A stretch of 64,000 nt of DNA from an uncultured Solirubrobacterales bacterium (GCA_963757125.1 CAVWQP010000001.1:1942-65941); one strand, 5' to 3'. Counted from the first letter of the stretch, positions 37,145 to 47,038 are shown. Notes: generated from the sequence alone by a model not told the origin. Numbers and translations: made by a program.

Positions 37145-37695
37145 GTCGCCGCCACCGGCCGCAGGTCGTCGAGCGCGACGGCGAGGAGGCGCAGCCCGCG
37201 CGAGACGCGCGCCCGCGCCGTCGCCTCGGTGACGCCGAGGCGCGCGGCGACGACCGGGTAGTCGAGCTCCTCGACGACCCGCAGGCGCACCGCCTCGCGC
37301 TGCTCCTCGGAGAGCTCCTCCAGCGCGCCCGCGAGCGCCGCACGCAGCGAGCCGAGATCGGCGAGCTCCTCGATCCGCCGCAGCTCCTCGGGCTCGAGGA
37401 GCGGCGGCTCCGCGCCGAGGCGGCGCAGCGCCCGGCGCTCGGCGTGCCCACGGCGCAGCGCGTCGCCGAGCACGTTGCGAGCGATGCCCCACGTCCACGC
37501 CGCGACGGCCTCGTCGTCGGCCGGATCGCCGGTGAACCGCCGGCGCGAGGCGAGCGCCCGCGCGTACGTCTCGCCCACGAGGTCGACGGCGAGTTGCGCG
37601 TCGTACGTGCGGCGCGTCAGCCAGACGAGCAACCGGCGCCCGTCGCGCCGGTACGCGGCGGCGAGCTCCTCGTCGCTGAGATCTCGTCGCCGCAT
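37141..37695 (-). CDS. ECF sigma factor
   Basis: Region 2 (LAVDLVGETYARAL) and region 4 (LSEEQREAVRLRVVEELDYPVVAARLGVTEATARARVSRGL). Confidence 0.85.
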   Translation of the reverse strand: MRRRDLSDEELAAAYRRDGRRLLVWLTRRTYDAQLAVDLVGETYARALASRRRFTGDPADDEAVAAWTWGIARNVLGDALRRGHAERRALRRLGAEPPLLEPEELRRIEELADLGSLRAALAGALEELSEEQREAVRLRVVEELDYPVVAARLGVTEATARARVSRGLRLLAVALDDLRPVAAT

Positions 37696-37732
37696 GCACC
37701 CATCTTCGGACGAGGGCGCGAGGCTGTGACCG

Positions 37733-38491
37733 TCAGGGCTTCAGGCGCCGCCCGGTCGCGAAGAGCCAGGAGCTCCAGCCGACCGTGATCGCGGCCATCG
37801 CGCCGAGCACGAGCAGCGCGATCCCGATCGCGACGTCGCTCGTCCCGAGGAAGCCGTAGCGGACGGTCTGCACGAGGTAGAAGATCGGGTTCGCGTGGGA
37901 GAGCTCGTGCCACGGCGACGGGAGCACGTCGACGGAGTAGAAGACGCCGCCCAGGAACGTCAGCGGCAGGATGATGAGGTTGTTCACGAAGCCCGTGAAG
38001 TCCCACGACGTCGCGTAGATCCCGACGATCACGCCCAGGCTCGAGAACAGCGCGAGGGTCAGCGCCACGGCGAGCGCCAGCTCGGCCGGCTGCCGGATCG
38101 GGACCGACGTCACCGGGATCGCGAGCGCCGTGAGCGAGATGCCGATGAGCAGGGCGCGCACGACCCCGCCGAGCGACAGGCCGAGGTTGATCTCCCACGC
38201 CCGCATCGGCGCGGCGAGGATGTCGTTGATGAAGCGGTCGAAGCGCGCGCCGAACACGGATGCCGCGTTGTTGGAGTACGCGGCCTGCGCCATCGCCATC
38301 GTGACCAGGCCCGGCACGATGAAGACCTGGTACTCGACGCCGTCGACGTGCTTGATGCGGCCGCCGAGCGAGAGCCCGAAGACGAGGATGAAGAGGAACG
38401 ACGACGCGACCGGCGCGAGGATCGTCTGGGTCCACAGCTTGAGGACGCGCAGCACCTCGCGCCCGGCCAGGGCCGTGAGCGCGGTGCTCAA
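37733..38491 (-). CDS. ABC-2 type transporter permease
   Basis: 252 aa, 6 TM, typical ABC-2 exporter membrane protein. ATGA overlap with the ATPase gene. Confidence 0.85.
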   Translation of the reverse strand: MSTALTALAGREVLRVLKLWTQTILAPVASSFLFILVFGLSLGGRIKHVDGVEYQVFIVPGLVTMAMAQAAYSNNAASVFGARFDRFINDILAAPMRAWEINLGLSLGGVVRALLIGISLTALAIPVTSVPIRQPAELALAVALTLALFSSLGVIVGIYATSWDFTGFVNNLIILPLTFLGGVFYSVDVLPSPWHELSHANPIFYLVQTVRYGFLGTSDVAIGIALLVLGAMAAITVGWSSWLFATGRRLKP

Positions 38492-39210
38492 GCCATCGCC
38501 TTCACGTAGACGTCCTGGAGGGTGTCCGCGTCGTAGGCGTCGCGCAGCCCCTGCGCGCTGTCACGGGCCAGCAGGGTCCCGTCGCGCAGCAGCGCGATCT
38601 CGTCGCAGAGCTCCTCGGCCTCCTCGAGGTAGTGCGTCGTGAGGAGGATCGTCGTGCCGGTGTCGTGCAGGCGCCGGATGTAGCTCCAGAGCTCCTGGCG
38701 CAGCTCGAAGTCGACGCCCGCCGTCGGCTCGTCGAGGATCACGAGGCGCGGCTCGTGCATGAGCGCGCGGGCGAGCAGGAGCCGGCGTCGCATGCCGCCC
38801 GACAGCCTCGGCGCGCGCGTGCCGGCCTTCGCGCGCAGGTCGAAGACCTCCATCATCTCGGCGGCGCGCTTGGCCGCCTGGGCGCGCGACATCCCGTAGT
38901 AGCCGCCGTGGTAGACGAGCGTCTCGCGCACGTCGAGGAAGCGGTCGAGGTTGACGTCCTGCTCGGCGAGGCCGACCGCCCGGCGCGCGTCCATCGTCGA
39001 GTGGGACTCGCCGAACACGTCGATCTCGCCCTCCGTCACGCGGATGAGGTTGCAGACCGCGGAGATCAGCGTGGTCTTGCCCGCGCCGTTGGGTCCGAGC
39101 AGCCCGAAGAACGCGCCGTCGGCGATCTCGAGGTCGAGGCCGTCGAGGGCGAGGAAGCCGTCGTCGTAGCGCTTGACGAGGCCGCGGACATGCAGGGCTG
39201 GGACAGGCAC
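38488..39210 (-). CDS. ABC transporter ATP-binding protein
   Basis: Walker [10 protein letters not shown], signature LSGGMRRRL, Walker [13 protein letters not shown]. Confidence 0.9.
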   Translation of the reverse strand: MPVPALHVRGLVKRYDDGFLALDGLDLEIADGAFFGLLGPNGAGKTTLISAVCNLIRVTEGEIDVFGESHSTMDARRAVGLAEQDVNLDRFLDVRETLVYHGGYYGMSRAQAAKRAAEMMEVFDLRAKAGTRAPRLSGGMRRRLLLARALMHEPRLVILDEPTAGVDFELRQELWSYIRRLHDTGTTILLTTHYLEEAEELCDEIALLRDGTLLARDSAQGLRDAYDADTLQDVYVKAMA

Positions 39211-39258
39211 CGGCGATCGAACCTAGCGCTGCTGGGCATGCCCTACGCTGCCCCGACC

Positions 39259-39840
39259 ATGCCTCTCGTCCCAACCGTGATCCAGCGCACCGGCCGCGGC
39301 GACCGTGAGTACGACATCTTCTCGCGGCTGCTCAACGAGCGCATCATCTTCCTCGGGCAGGCGGTCGACGATCAGATCGCCAACCTCATCGTGGCCCAGC
39401 TCCTGCACCTGGAGTCCTCGGATCCCGACAAGGACATCTCGATCTACATCAACTCGCCCGGCGGCTCGATCTACGCCGGCCTCGCGATCTACGACACGAT
39501 GCAGTTCATCAAGCCCGACGTGTCGACGATCTGCTGCGGGATCGCCATGTCGATGGGCTCGCTGCTGCTGGCGGGCGGCGCCGCGGGCAAGCGCATGTCG
39601 CTGCCCAACAGCCGGATCCTGATCCATCAGCCCTCCGGCGGCTTCGAGGGGCAGGCGACGGACATCGAGATCCACGCCACCGAGATCCTCAAGACGCGCC
39701 GGCGGATCGACGCGATCTACGCGAAGCACACGGGCAAGCCGGAGGAGGAGGTGCGCCACGACATGGAGCGCGACCGCTTCTTCAAGCCCGAAGAGGCTGC
39801 CGAATACGGCCTCATCGACCGGGTCATCTCCTCGCACTGA
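39259..39840 (+). CDS. clpP: ATP-dependent Clp protease proteolytic subunit
   Basis: [57 protein letters not shown]. The alternative start is 39238. No clpX or second clpP is adjacent. Confidence 0.9.
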   Translation: MPLVPTVIQRTGRGDREYDIFSRLLNERIIFLGQAVDDQIANLIVAQLLHLESSDPDKDISIYINSPGGSIYAGLAIYDTMQFIKPDVSTICCGIAMSMGSLLLAGGAAGKRMSLPNSRILIHQPSGGFEGQATDIEIHATEILKTRRRIDAIYAKHTGKPEEEVRHDMERDRFFKPEEAAEYGLIDRVISSH

Positions 39841-40490
39841 CCTCGAACGACGCGTGGACCTCGCCCTGGGTGCTCGTCACCCAGGTGCGGTCCCCGTCGC
39901 GCAGCACCGCCGCCGGGCCCGCGACCGCGGGCGCGCGGTGCTCGGCCTCCACGACGCACGCCGCCGGGATCGCGGGACCTTCCTCGAGCGCCTCCCAGTA
40001 GACGGCGTTGTTGACGTGGGCGGCCACGTCGACGTCGGCCGCGCGGAACGTCCACGGCAGGCGCGTCGCCCCGTCGGGAGGCGGCGGGTGGCGCAGGCGG
40101 TGGTCCGGGCGGTCCGGGCCGGCCGACGGTCCGTAGATCTCCCGGAAGCGCTCCCCGAGCCGGGCGGGCACGCCGGTCACCGGGTCGAGATGGGCCCAGA
40201 CGGCGACCGCCTCGGCCGCGCCGCCGCGGTCGCCCACGACGGTCGTGCGCCGCTCCGCGGTCCGCGGCCCGATGCCGCTGCACCACGTGCACAGCGCGAC
40301 GCGCTCGCCCAGCACGGGCATGCGCGCGACGTCCAGCCGGGTCCGGCGCACGACCCACGCGCCGTCCTCCAGGCCGGCGTCGAGGACGTCGCCGAACGCG
40401 ACGTCCTGCAGCCACCGCGCGACCGCCTCGAGCCGCGCACGGCCCGACGGCCCGGCGTCGGAGACGCCGACCGTCAGCGCACCGCGATGA
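39824..40490 (-). CDS. Acyl-ACP thioesterase family protein (no canonical start for the conserved N-terminus)
   Basis: ORF 39824..40351 carries the hotdog repeats ([25 protein letters not shown]). Homology clearly continues upstream in frame ([32 protein letters not shown]). No ATG/GTG/TTG lies between the frame-opening TGA and 40351. Confidence 0.6.
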
Positions 40491-40505
40491 CGCCGGGGGT
40501 CCAGC

Positions 40506-41297
40506 TCAGACGACGGGGTGCTCGATCGCGCCGAGGCCCTCGATCTCGATGCGCACGACGTCGCCCGGGTTCAGCAGGCCGGGCGGGTCCATGTACACGC
40601 CGACGCCCGCGGGCGTGCCGGTGAGGATGAGGTCCCCGGGCATGAGCGAGCACGTCTCGGTGATGAACGAGATGAGCTTGTCGATGCCGAAGATGAGGTC
40701 GGACGTCGAGCCGTCCTGGCGCAGGTCGCCGTTGACCCAGGTGCGCAGGCGCAGGTTCTCGGCGTCGTCGATCTCGTCGGGCGTCGTGATCCACGGGCCC
40801 CAGGGGCAGAACGTGTCGGCGCCCTTGCCGCGCACCCACTGCGCCTCGCTGCGCTGCAGGTCGCGCGCGCTGACGTCGTTGGCCACCGCGTAGCCGGCGA
40901 CCTTGTGGTCCGCGCCCATGACGACTGCGAGCTCGCCCTCGTAGTCGAGCTTCTCCGTCACCGCCGGCTTCTTGACCGGGCCGGACGGCGGCACGCTCGC
41001 CGCGGGCAGCTTCACGAAGACGATCGGCTTCTCCGGCGGCTCGTCGGCCACCTCGCCCTCGTCGATGTGGGCCTTGTAGTTCAGGCCGATCGCCAGGATC
41101 GCCCGCGGCTCGGGGACCGGCGCGAGCAGCGCGACGTCGGCGAGCGGATAGCTGTCGCCGGTCGCAGGTGAGAGGTCGCCGGAGGCGAGCCGGTCGCGCA
41201 CGGTGGACCCGTCGCCGAAGGCGATCGCCTGGTCGTCGCGGGCTTCGCCGGCGACGGGCGCGTCGGCTCCAGGTGGAAGGAAGGTGATGAGGCGCAT
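40506..41297 (-). CDS. Fumarylacetoacetate hydrolase (FAH) family protein
   Basis: LDYEGELAVVMG, KGADTFCPWGPW, MPGDLILTGTPAGVG. Confidence 0.9.
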   Translation of the reverse strand: MRLITFLPPGADAPVAGEARDDQAIAFGDGSTVRDRLASGDLSPATGDSYPLADVALLAPVPEPRAILAIGLNYKAHIDEGEVADEPPEKPIVFVKLPAASVPPSGPVKKPAVTEKLDYEGELAVVMGADHKVAGYAVANDVSARDLQRSEAQWVRGKGADTFCPWGPWITTPDEIDDAENLRLRTWVNGDLRQDGSTSDLIFGIDKLISFITETCSLMPGDLILTGTPAGVGVYMDPPGLLNPGDVVRIEIEGLGAIEHPVV

Positions 41298-41371
41298 GCC
41301 CGCGCGATACTGCCAGGTTGCTCGCACAACTGGCGCCACGGGGTCGTCTCGTGGGAGGGTCCTGCGTCCTC

Positions 41372-42448
41372 ATGCGTCTCGCGACGACCGACTCCGTCCC
41401 CTCGGGCACCGCGCTCGCGCGCGACGTCGTCGTCGCGCCCGCATCGGGTCCGCTGCTGCGCCAGGGCGTCGTGCTGACCGACGGCATGCGGTCCGCGCTC
41501 ATGACGAACGGCGTGACGCGGATCTGGGTCGACGACGAGCTGGGCGAGGGGATCGATCCCAGCGGGATCATGGGCGAGCTGCTGCGGCGCGACGTGCTCA
41601 CCGCGGTCGCCGGGATGCACGGCGAGGCGCGTCAGGCGCTCACGCGCGGGGGGCGGCTGGACGGGCGCACCGTCGAGGCGCTCGGCGGCTGGGCGGCGCG
41701 GATCGCCGACGACGTCGTGGATCGCGGCGGTGGCGTGCACGATCTGCTGGACCTCGCGCCCGCGCCGCACTACCTCGTCCACCACGCGGTCGACAGCGCG
41801 GCGCTCGGGATGCTGGTCGCCGCGCGGCACATGACGGCGGTCGGATGGCGGCAGGGCTCCGCGACCCCCGTGCGTCACGACGCGCCGCGGTCGGAGCTCG
41901 CCCGCATCGGCCTCGGCCTCCTGCTCTGCGACGTCGGCATGCAGACGCTCCCCCGCGCCGTGCTCGAGGACTCCAGCCCGCTCGACGAGGCCGGCTGGGA
42001 GCAGGTCCGCAGGCACCCGGTGACGGGCGCGGAGCTGCTGGGGACGAACACGTCGTTCGTCCTGAAGGGGATCGTCCGCGGCCACCACGAGCGCTGGGAC
42101 GGCTCCGGCTACCCGGACGCGATGGCGGGCGACGCCATCCACTATCTCGCGCGGATCGCTGCCGTCGCGGACGCGTACGACGCCATGACCGCCGAGCGGC
42201 CCCACCGACCTGCGATGTCACCTGCCGACGCCTGGTCGGCGATCGTCGCCGGCGCGGGGACGGCGTTCGATCCCGGCGTCGTCGCGGCGTTCCGCGAGGT
42301 CGTCGCCCAGCACCCACCGGGGACCGAGGTGACGCTGCCCGACGGGCGCACCGCGGTCGTGGCCGACGTCTCCCTCCACGCGCCATCCAGGCCGACCGTC
42401 CGCGTCCACGAGGGCGCAGGCATCGCCGAGCTGGTCGTCGACCTCTAG
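41372..42448 (+). CDS. HD-GYP domain protein (HD dyad reads CD)
   Basis: HHERWDGSGYP, AAVADAYDAMTAERPHR. The position of the canonical HD(I/V)GK reads LLLCDVGM. Confidence 0.8.
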   Translation: MRLATTDSVPSGTALARDVVVAPASGPLLRQGVVLTDGMRSALMTNGVTRIWVDDELGEGIDPSGIMGELLRRDVLTAVAGMHGEARQALTRGGRLDGRTVEALGGWAARIADDVVDRGGGVHDLLDLAPAPHYLVHHAVDSAALGMLVAARHMTAVGWRQGSATPVRHDAPRSELARIGLGLLLCDVGMQTLPRAVLEDSSPLDEAGWEQVRRHPVTGAELLGTNTSFVLKGIVRGHHERWDGSGYPDAMAGDAIHYLARIAAVADAYDAMTAERPHRPAMSPADAWSAIVAGAGTAFDPGVVAAFREVVAQHPPGTEVTLPDGRTAVVADVSLHAPSRPTVRVHEGAGIAELVVDL

Positions 42449-42867
42449 CCCGCGAGCTCGAGCAACTCGGCGCGCACGGCCGCGTCGGCGCGCTCCGCGT
42501 CGGCGTCCACCCAGCGCCAGCGGACGCCCTCCTCGATGACGAACGTCGGCCGGCCGTGGTCCTGCAGCTCGTCGACGTCGAGCGCGATCGCCGCGACGCC
42601 GTCCGACGTGCGCATCGGGTCCGCGACGACGGTCGCGCGGCCGTGCGCCGTGACCGCGACGTCGCCGCCGGCCAGGATCGTGAGCGCGACCCGGGGCTGG
42701 GCGCGCAGGAGCTCGAGCGACCGGCGCCGCAGCGCCAGCGCGAGCAGCAGGCGGCGCGGGCCGGCGCGGACGGCGGTGGAGACCGGGATCGCGTGCGGCG
42801 CGTCGCCGATCGTGGACAGGATCGCGACGTTCCCGTCCTCCCACTCGGGCAGCTCGTCCATGTGCAC
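42445..42867 (-). CDS. Pyridoxamine 5'-phosphate oxidase-like FMN-binding split-barrel protein
   Basis: 140 aa. VAILSTIGDAPHAIPVS ... LTILAGGDVAVTAHGRA is typical of the family. Confidence 0.75.
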   Translation of the reverse strand: MHMDELPEWEDGNVAILSTIGDAPHAIPVSTAVRAGPRRLLLALALRRRSLELLRAQPRVALTILAGGDVAVTAHGRATVVADPMRTSDGVAAIALDVDELQDHGRPTFVIEEGVRWRWVDADAERADAAVRAELLELAG

Positions 42868-42941
42868 CTCCGATCCCCGCCGGGATCCGAGCCGAAACGG
42901 TCAAGGACCGGGGCCCGACGGCCGACATCTCCCCTGGACCG

Positions 42942-43598
42942 ATGCGCAAGGGCGATCACCCGACCCCCGCCGTGTTGAACGTCGACGGCCTCGGCGGCGT
43001 CACCGTGCACGTCGTGGCGTCCGCGCCGGGCGCGCACGCGCTCGCCGTGCCCGCGGCCCCGGTCCCCGTCCGTCAGCTGCACCGCCTCCCCGCGACCCTG
43101 CGCCGCGAGGGCACGTCCTCCACGCGCGGCCTGCTCGTCGCCGTCGCCGCGGTCGGCGGCGGCCTGCATCCGTCGCGCCTGGACTTCGTCGAGGACGTCG
43201 CCGTGGTCGCCGCGCCGGAGGCGCTCGACGAGGCCGTCGCGCGCGCGCCCGACCACCAGCGCCGCTCCGCCGTGCGCGTGGAGACCGTCCTGCCCTACAC
43301 GTTCGGCGCCGTCATCGCCGATCGCGACTGGGGCGCCGGCTTCACGGTCGACCTGAGCATCGGCGGCGCGCTCGTACAGGGCATCGAGGCCGGCCTGCCC
43401 GGCGACCGGCTGCGCGGCCGGCTCACGCTCCCGTCGCTCGGCGAGCCCGTGCGCGCCCAGCTCCGCGTGCTCCGCGTGACCGCCGACGGGCACCGCGCCG
43501 TCCAGGTCGACTCGATCCACGAGCGCGACCGCGATCGCGTGTCGCGCTACATCGCCGAGCGCCAGCGCGAGCTGCTGCGCATGCGGCGCGCCGCCTGA
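42942..43598 (+). CDS. PilZ domain protein (candidate c-di-GMP receptor)
   Basis: RxxxR (QRRSAVR) is followed by D-x-S-x-x-G (VDLSIGGA) at the expected spacing in the C-terminal half. Confidence 0.75.
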   Translation: MRKGDHPTPAVLNVDGLGGVTVHVVASAPGAHALAVPAAPVPVRQLHRLPATLRREGTSSTRGLLVAVAAVGGGLHPSRLDFVEDVAVVAAPEALDEAVARAPDHQRRSAVRVETVLPYTFGAVIADRDWGAGFTVDLSIGGALVQGIEAGLPGDRLRGRLTLPSLGEPVRAQLRVLRVTADGHRAVQVDSIHERDRDRVSRYIAERQRELLRMRRAA

Positions 43599-43622
43599 CG
43601 CCGCGGCGCCCGATCCGGAGGT

Positions 43623-43838
43623 ATGCTCGTGGCGATGACGGTCATCGCAATGAGCCACGCGCTGCGGGACACGCTGGGCCTGGTCGGGATCTTCTTCATC
43701 GTGTTCCCGCTCATCGCCCAGGGGCTGATCGCGTTCGCGGTCGCGCAGGGCCTCGGCGAGCGCGCGGAGAACGAGAAGCTCAAGGGCCGCTGGGGCCGCA
43801 AGGCCGTCGAGGCGCAGGAGGCCGAGCGTCGCCTCTAG
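43623..43838 (+). CDS. Small membrane protein (71 aa, hypothetical)
   Basis: High GC3, TM segments LVGIFFIVFPLIAQGLIAFAVA, and a charged tail. Confidence 0.55.
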   Translation: MLVAMTVIAMSHALRDTLGLVGIFFIVFPLIAQGLIAFAVAQGLGERAENEKLKGRWGRKAVEAQEAERRL

Positions 43839-43839
43839 C

Positions 43840-45003
43840 GTCGACGCCCCCACGCTGACCGAGCAGGTCATCGCGTGGCGGCGCCATCTGCACCGTCGTC
43901 CCGAGCTCTCCTACGAGGAGCGCGAGACCGCGCGCTTCATCGCCGAGACGCTCGAGGGGTTCGGCGGGCTGGAGGTCACGCGCCCGTCGGACACGAGCGT
44001 CGTCGCCCACCTGCGGACCGGCCGCCCTGGCCGCACCCTCGCGCTGCGCTCCGACATCGACGCGCTGCCGATCCACGAGGAGAGCGGCGTGGAGTTCGCC
44101 TCCGAGCGCGACGGCGTCATGCACGCCTGCGGGCACGACGGCCACACCGCGATGCTGCTCGGCGCCGCGCAGGAGCTGGCCTCGCGCGCCGACGAGCTCG
44201 ACGGCGAGCTGCGGTTCCTCTTCCAGCCCGCCGAGGAGCGCCCGCCCGGCGGCGCGATCGAGCTCGTGCGGGCCGGCGCGCTGGACGGCGTCGACCTCGT
44301 CGTCGGCTGCCACCTCTGGACGCCGCTGCCGGTCGGGCAGCTCGCCGCGTGGGCCGGTCCCGCGATGGCGGCGTCGGACTTCTTCACGCTCGCCATCACC
44401 GGCGACGGCGGGCACGCGGCGCTGCCGCACACCGCCGTCGACACCGTCGCGATCGCGGCGCAGGTCATCACGAACCTGCAGCACGTCGTCTCGCGTCGCA
44501 CGGATCCGCTGGAGAGCGCGGTGCTCTCGGTGAGCACGTTCCACGCGGGCGATGCGGCGAACGTCCTGCCCGGCCGCGCCGAGCTCACCGGCACCGTCCG
44601 CACGTTCGATCCGGAGCTGCGCACGCGGATGCCCGAGCTGCTGGAGACCGTGGTCCGCGGCATCACGCAGGCGCACGGCGCCGACTACGAGCTCGACTAC
44701 ACGTACGGCTACGCGCCGGTGGTCAACGATCCGGCGGTGACCGAGCTCGTCAGCGACGCGCTGCACGCGACCGAGGGCGGCGACGTCGTGGAGATGGCGC
44801 CGCTCATGGGCGGCGACGACTTCTCCGAGTACCTGACCGAGGCCCCCGGGTGCTACTTCTTCGTCGGGGCCGGCAGCGAGGAGGCGGTCGCGACGTACCC
44901 GCACCACCACCCCCGCTTCCGCATCGACGAGCGCGCGCTGGCCGTCGGCACGCGCGCACACGTGCAGACGGCCCTGCGCGTCCTGGGCCGGGCCCAGGCC
45001 TAG
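43840..45003 (+). CDS. M20-family amidohydrolase (N-acyl-amino-acid amidohydrolase / hippurate hydrolase type), no canonical start codon
   Basis: The conserved N-terminus LTEQVIAWRRHLHRRPELSYEERETARFIAETLE and MHACGHDGH are in one frame. That frame has no ATG/GTG/TTG between the TGA at 43726 and GTG 44089. The codon 43840 is GTC, 1 nt after the preceding TAG. Confidence 0.75.
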   Translation, partial: VDAPTLTEQVIAWRRHLHRRPELSYEERETARFIAETLEGFGGLEVTRPSDTSVVAHLRTGRPGRTLALRSDIDALPIHEESGVEFASERDGVMHACGHDGHTAMLLGAAQELASRADELDGELRFLFQPAEERPPGGAIELVRAGALDGVDLVVGCHLWTPLPVGQLAAWAGPAMAASDFFTLAITGDGGHAALPHTAVDTVAIAAQVITNLQHVVSRRTDPLESAVLSVSTFHAGDAANVLPGRAELTGTVRTFDPELRTRMPELLETVVRGITQAHGADYELDYTYGYAPVVNDPAVTELVSDALHATEGGDVVEMAPLMGGDDFSEYLTEAPGCYFFVGAGSEEAVATYPHHHPRFRIDERALAVGTRAHVQTALRVLGRAQA

Positions 45004-46148
45004 GCCGGAACCGGCGCCGACCTGAAGTTCGGCGCGACGTCGCGCGCGAACAGCTCCATCGTCCGCACGACCCGCTCGTGCGGCGTGTCGCCGATGCACA
45101 TGAGCGCCATGATCTGGCCGAAGCCGAGCTCGCCCTGCAGGCGCTGGACCTGCTCGTTGACGCTCTCGGGGCTGCCGACGATGACCATCCCGGCGTCGAC
45201 GAGGTCCTCGTAGGACATCTGGCCGAAGCTCTTGCGCGGGCCGGCGTTCAGCATCCCGCGCAGCGAGGACTCCGACATGTAGCCGGGGGGCAGGACGATC
45301 TCCAGGCCCTGCTTGAGCCCCTTGTGGAAGAGGAACTCCACGTAGGCCTTGGCCTCGCGGTGCGCCTGCTCGTGGGTCTCGGCGACGTAGATCGGGATCG
45401 CGAAGGCGATCTTCTCCGGGTCGGGCTCGTAGCCGAGCTCGCCGGCCGCCGCGCGGTACCCGTCGAACCACCCCTTCACGACGGGCGTCGGGGCGTACAC
45501 GCTCATGAACGTGTAGCGCTTCTCCGCGCAGTACTTCATGGTCTCGCGGCTGCCGGCGCCCGGGATGTAGATGTCCGGGTGCGGATCCTGCAGCGGGCGC
45601 GGCCAGACGTTGACGTAGCGGAACTCGTAGTGCTTGCCCCACCACTCGAACGGCTCCGTCGACGTCCATGCCTTGATGATCAGGTCGTGGGCCTCGTTGA
45701 AGCGCTCGCGGGAGTGCACGGGGCTGAGCCCGTGGTTGAAGTACTCCCAGCCGATCCCGCGCACGAAGCCCGACACGACGCGACCTCGAGAGAGGTGGTC
45801 GAGCATCGCGATCTCCTCGGCGACCCGCAGCGGGTACTGGTGCAGCCCGATCGCGTTGCCGAGGACCATGACCTTCGCGTTCTTCGTCCGGCGGGCGAGC
45901 GCGGCGGCCATGATGTTCGGCGCCGGCATCATCCCGTAGGCCGACTGGTGGTGCTCGTTGACGCAGATGCCGTCGTAGCCGAGCTCGTCGGCGTACTCGA
46001 GCTCGTCGAGGTAGCGGTTGTAGACCTCGACGCCGACCTGGGGGTCGAACTGCCCGCTGGGGTACGTCAGCGAGGGCGTGGCGAAGCGCTCGTCGAAGTC
46101 CTCGGGCAGCGTCGGGTACGGCATGAGGTGGAAGAAGTTGAACTTCAT
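45000..46148 (-). CDS. LLM-class (luciferase-like) flavin-dependent oxidoreductase
   Basis: MKFNFFHLMPYP..., CVNEHHQS, LDHLSRGRV. ATGA overlap with the upstream hydrolase gene. Confidence 0.9.
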   Translation of the reverse strand: MKFNFFHLMPYPTLPEDFDERFATPSLTYPSGQFDPQVGVEVYNRYLDELEYADELGYDGICVNEHHQSAYGMMPAPNIMAAALARRTKNAKVMVLGNAIGLHQYPLRVAEEIAMLDHLSRGRVVSGFVRGIGWEYFNHGLSPVHSRERFNEAHDLIIKAWTSTEPFEWWGKHYEFRYVNVWPRPLQDPHPDIYIPGAGSRETMKYCAEKRYTFMSVYAPTPVVKGWFDGYRAAAGELGYEPDPEKIAFAIPIYVAETHEQAHREAKAYVEFLFHKGLKQGLEIVLPPGYMSESSLRGMLNAGPRKSFGQMSYEDLVDAGMVIVGSPESVNEQVQRLQGELGFGQIMALMCIGDTPHERVVRTMELFARDVAPNFRSAPVPA

Positions 46149-46951
46149 CGAGACCCTCCGTTCGCGAAGGCGAGCACCGCGGCGGTGATCTCCTCGGGCT
46201 TCTCGCCGTAGAGCGCGTGGCCGCAATCCTCGACGACCTCGAGGCGCGCGTCCGCGATGCGCTCGACGTACCGCTCCGCGTGCGCGCGCGGGATGACCTT
46301 GTCGTCGTCGGGCCAGAGCACGAGCGTGGGCGACGTGACGCGGTAGAGCCGCCGCTCGAGCTTGGGGTCGTTGAGGAACGGCCGCCAGGCGTAGCGGGCG
46401 AACGCCGTGTTGTTGCGGTAGATCCGCATGATGTCGTCGACGCTCGGCTCGGCCGGGAACAGGCCCTCGGCGGCGGCCGGGTCGTGGAAGAGCGTCGCGA
46501 CGATGCGCTCCGGCGGCACGATGAACAGGTCGGCCGGCGGGGCCTCGGGCATGCGCAGGCCCGCGGGGCTCAGCAGGACGAGCTTGGCGACCCGGTGCGG
46601 CGAGTGGACGGCGAGCTCCGCGGCGATCCAGCCGCCCAGCGACGCGCCGACGACGACCGCCTGCTCGATGCCGAGCTGGTCGAGGAGCCGCAGGTAGTGG
46701 TAGACGAGGTCGTCCACGCCCTCCATCTCGTCGGTCTGCTCGGACTCGTCGAAGCCCGGGTGATCGGGCGCGAGGACGTCGAAGTGGCGGCTCAGGCCGT
46801 CGAGGAACGGCGTCCAGCCGCCGCCTCCGGCAGCGTGCAGGAACAGCAGCGCAGGACCGGAACCCGCCCGCAGCAGCCGAATCTCCCCCGCCCCGACCTG
46901 CAACCGCTCGGTGCGTACGTCGACGCCCGGCTCAGATGCACTGGTGGTCAT
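46145..46951 (-). CDS. Alpha/beta hydrolase
   Basis: LLFLHAAGGGG, nucleophile elbow GASLGGW, C-terminal EDCGHALYGEKPEE. Confidence 0.85.
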   Translation of the reverse strand: MTTSASEPGVDVRTERLQVGAGEIRLLRAGSGPALLFLHAAGGGGWTPFLDGLSRHFDVLAPDHPGFDESEQTDEMEGVDDLVYHYLRLLDQLGIEQAVVVGASLGGWIAAELAVHSPHRVAKLVLLSPAGLRMPEAPPADLFIVPPERIVATLFHDPAAAEGLFPAEPSVDDIMRIYRNNTAFARYAWRPFLNDPKLERRLYRVTSPTLVLWPDDDKVIPRAHAERYVERIADARLEVVEDCGHALYGEKPEEITAAVLAFANGGSR

Positions 46952-47038
46952 ACCGGCCGACGATAGACATCCGCGGGCGCGCACGCGGCCCGCGCCCGGG
47001 GCAGGACTGCCCCCGGACGCGAGCCCTCTGCGCGTGAC

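Noticed and set aside
41640-43871. 743-aa minus-strand ORF, with similar long Arg/Pro/Ala-rich ORFs at 10687..12483, 47633..49888, 50237..52573, 43780..45669 and 61742..63607
   Set aside because: All lie opposite genes with clear family motifs and have the amino-acid composition expected from off-frame or antisense translation of GC-rich coding DNA.
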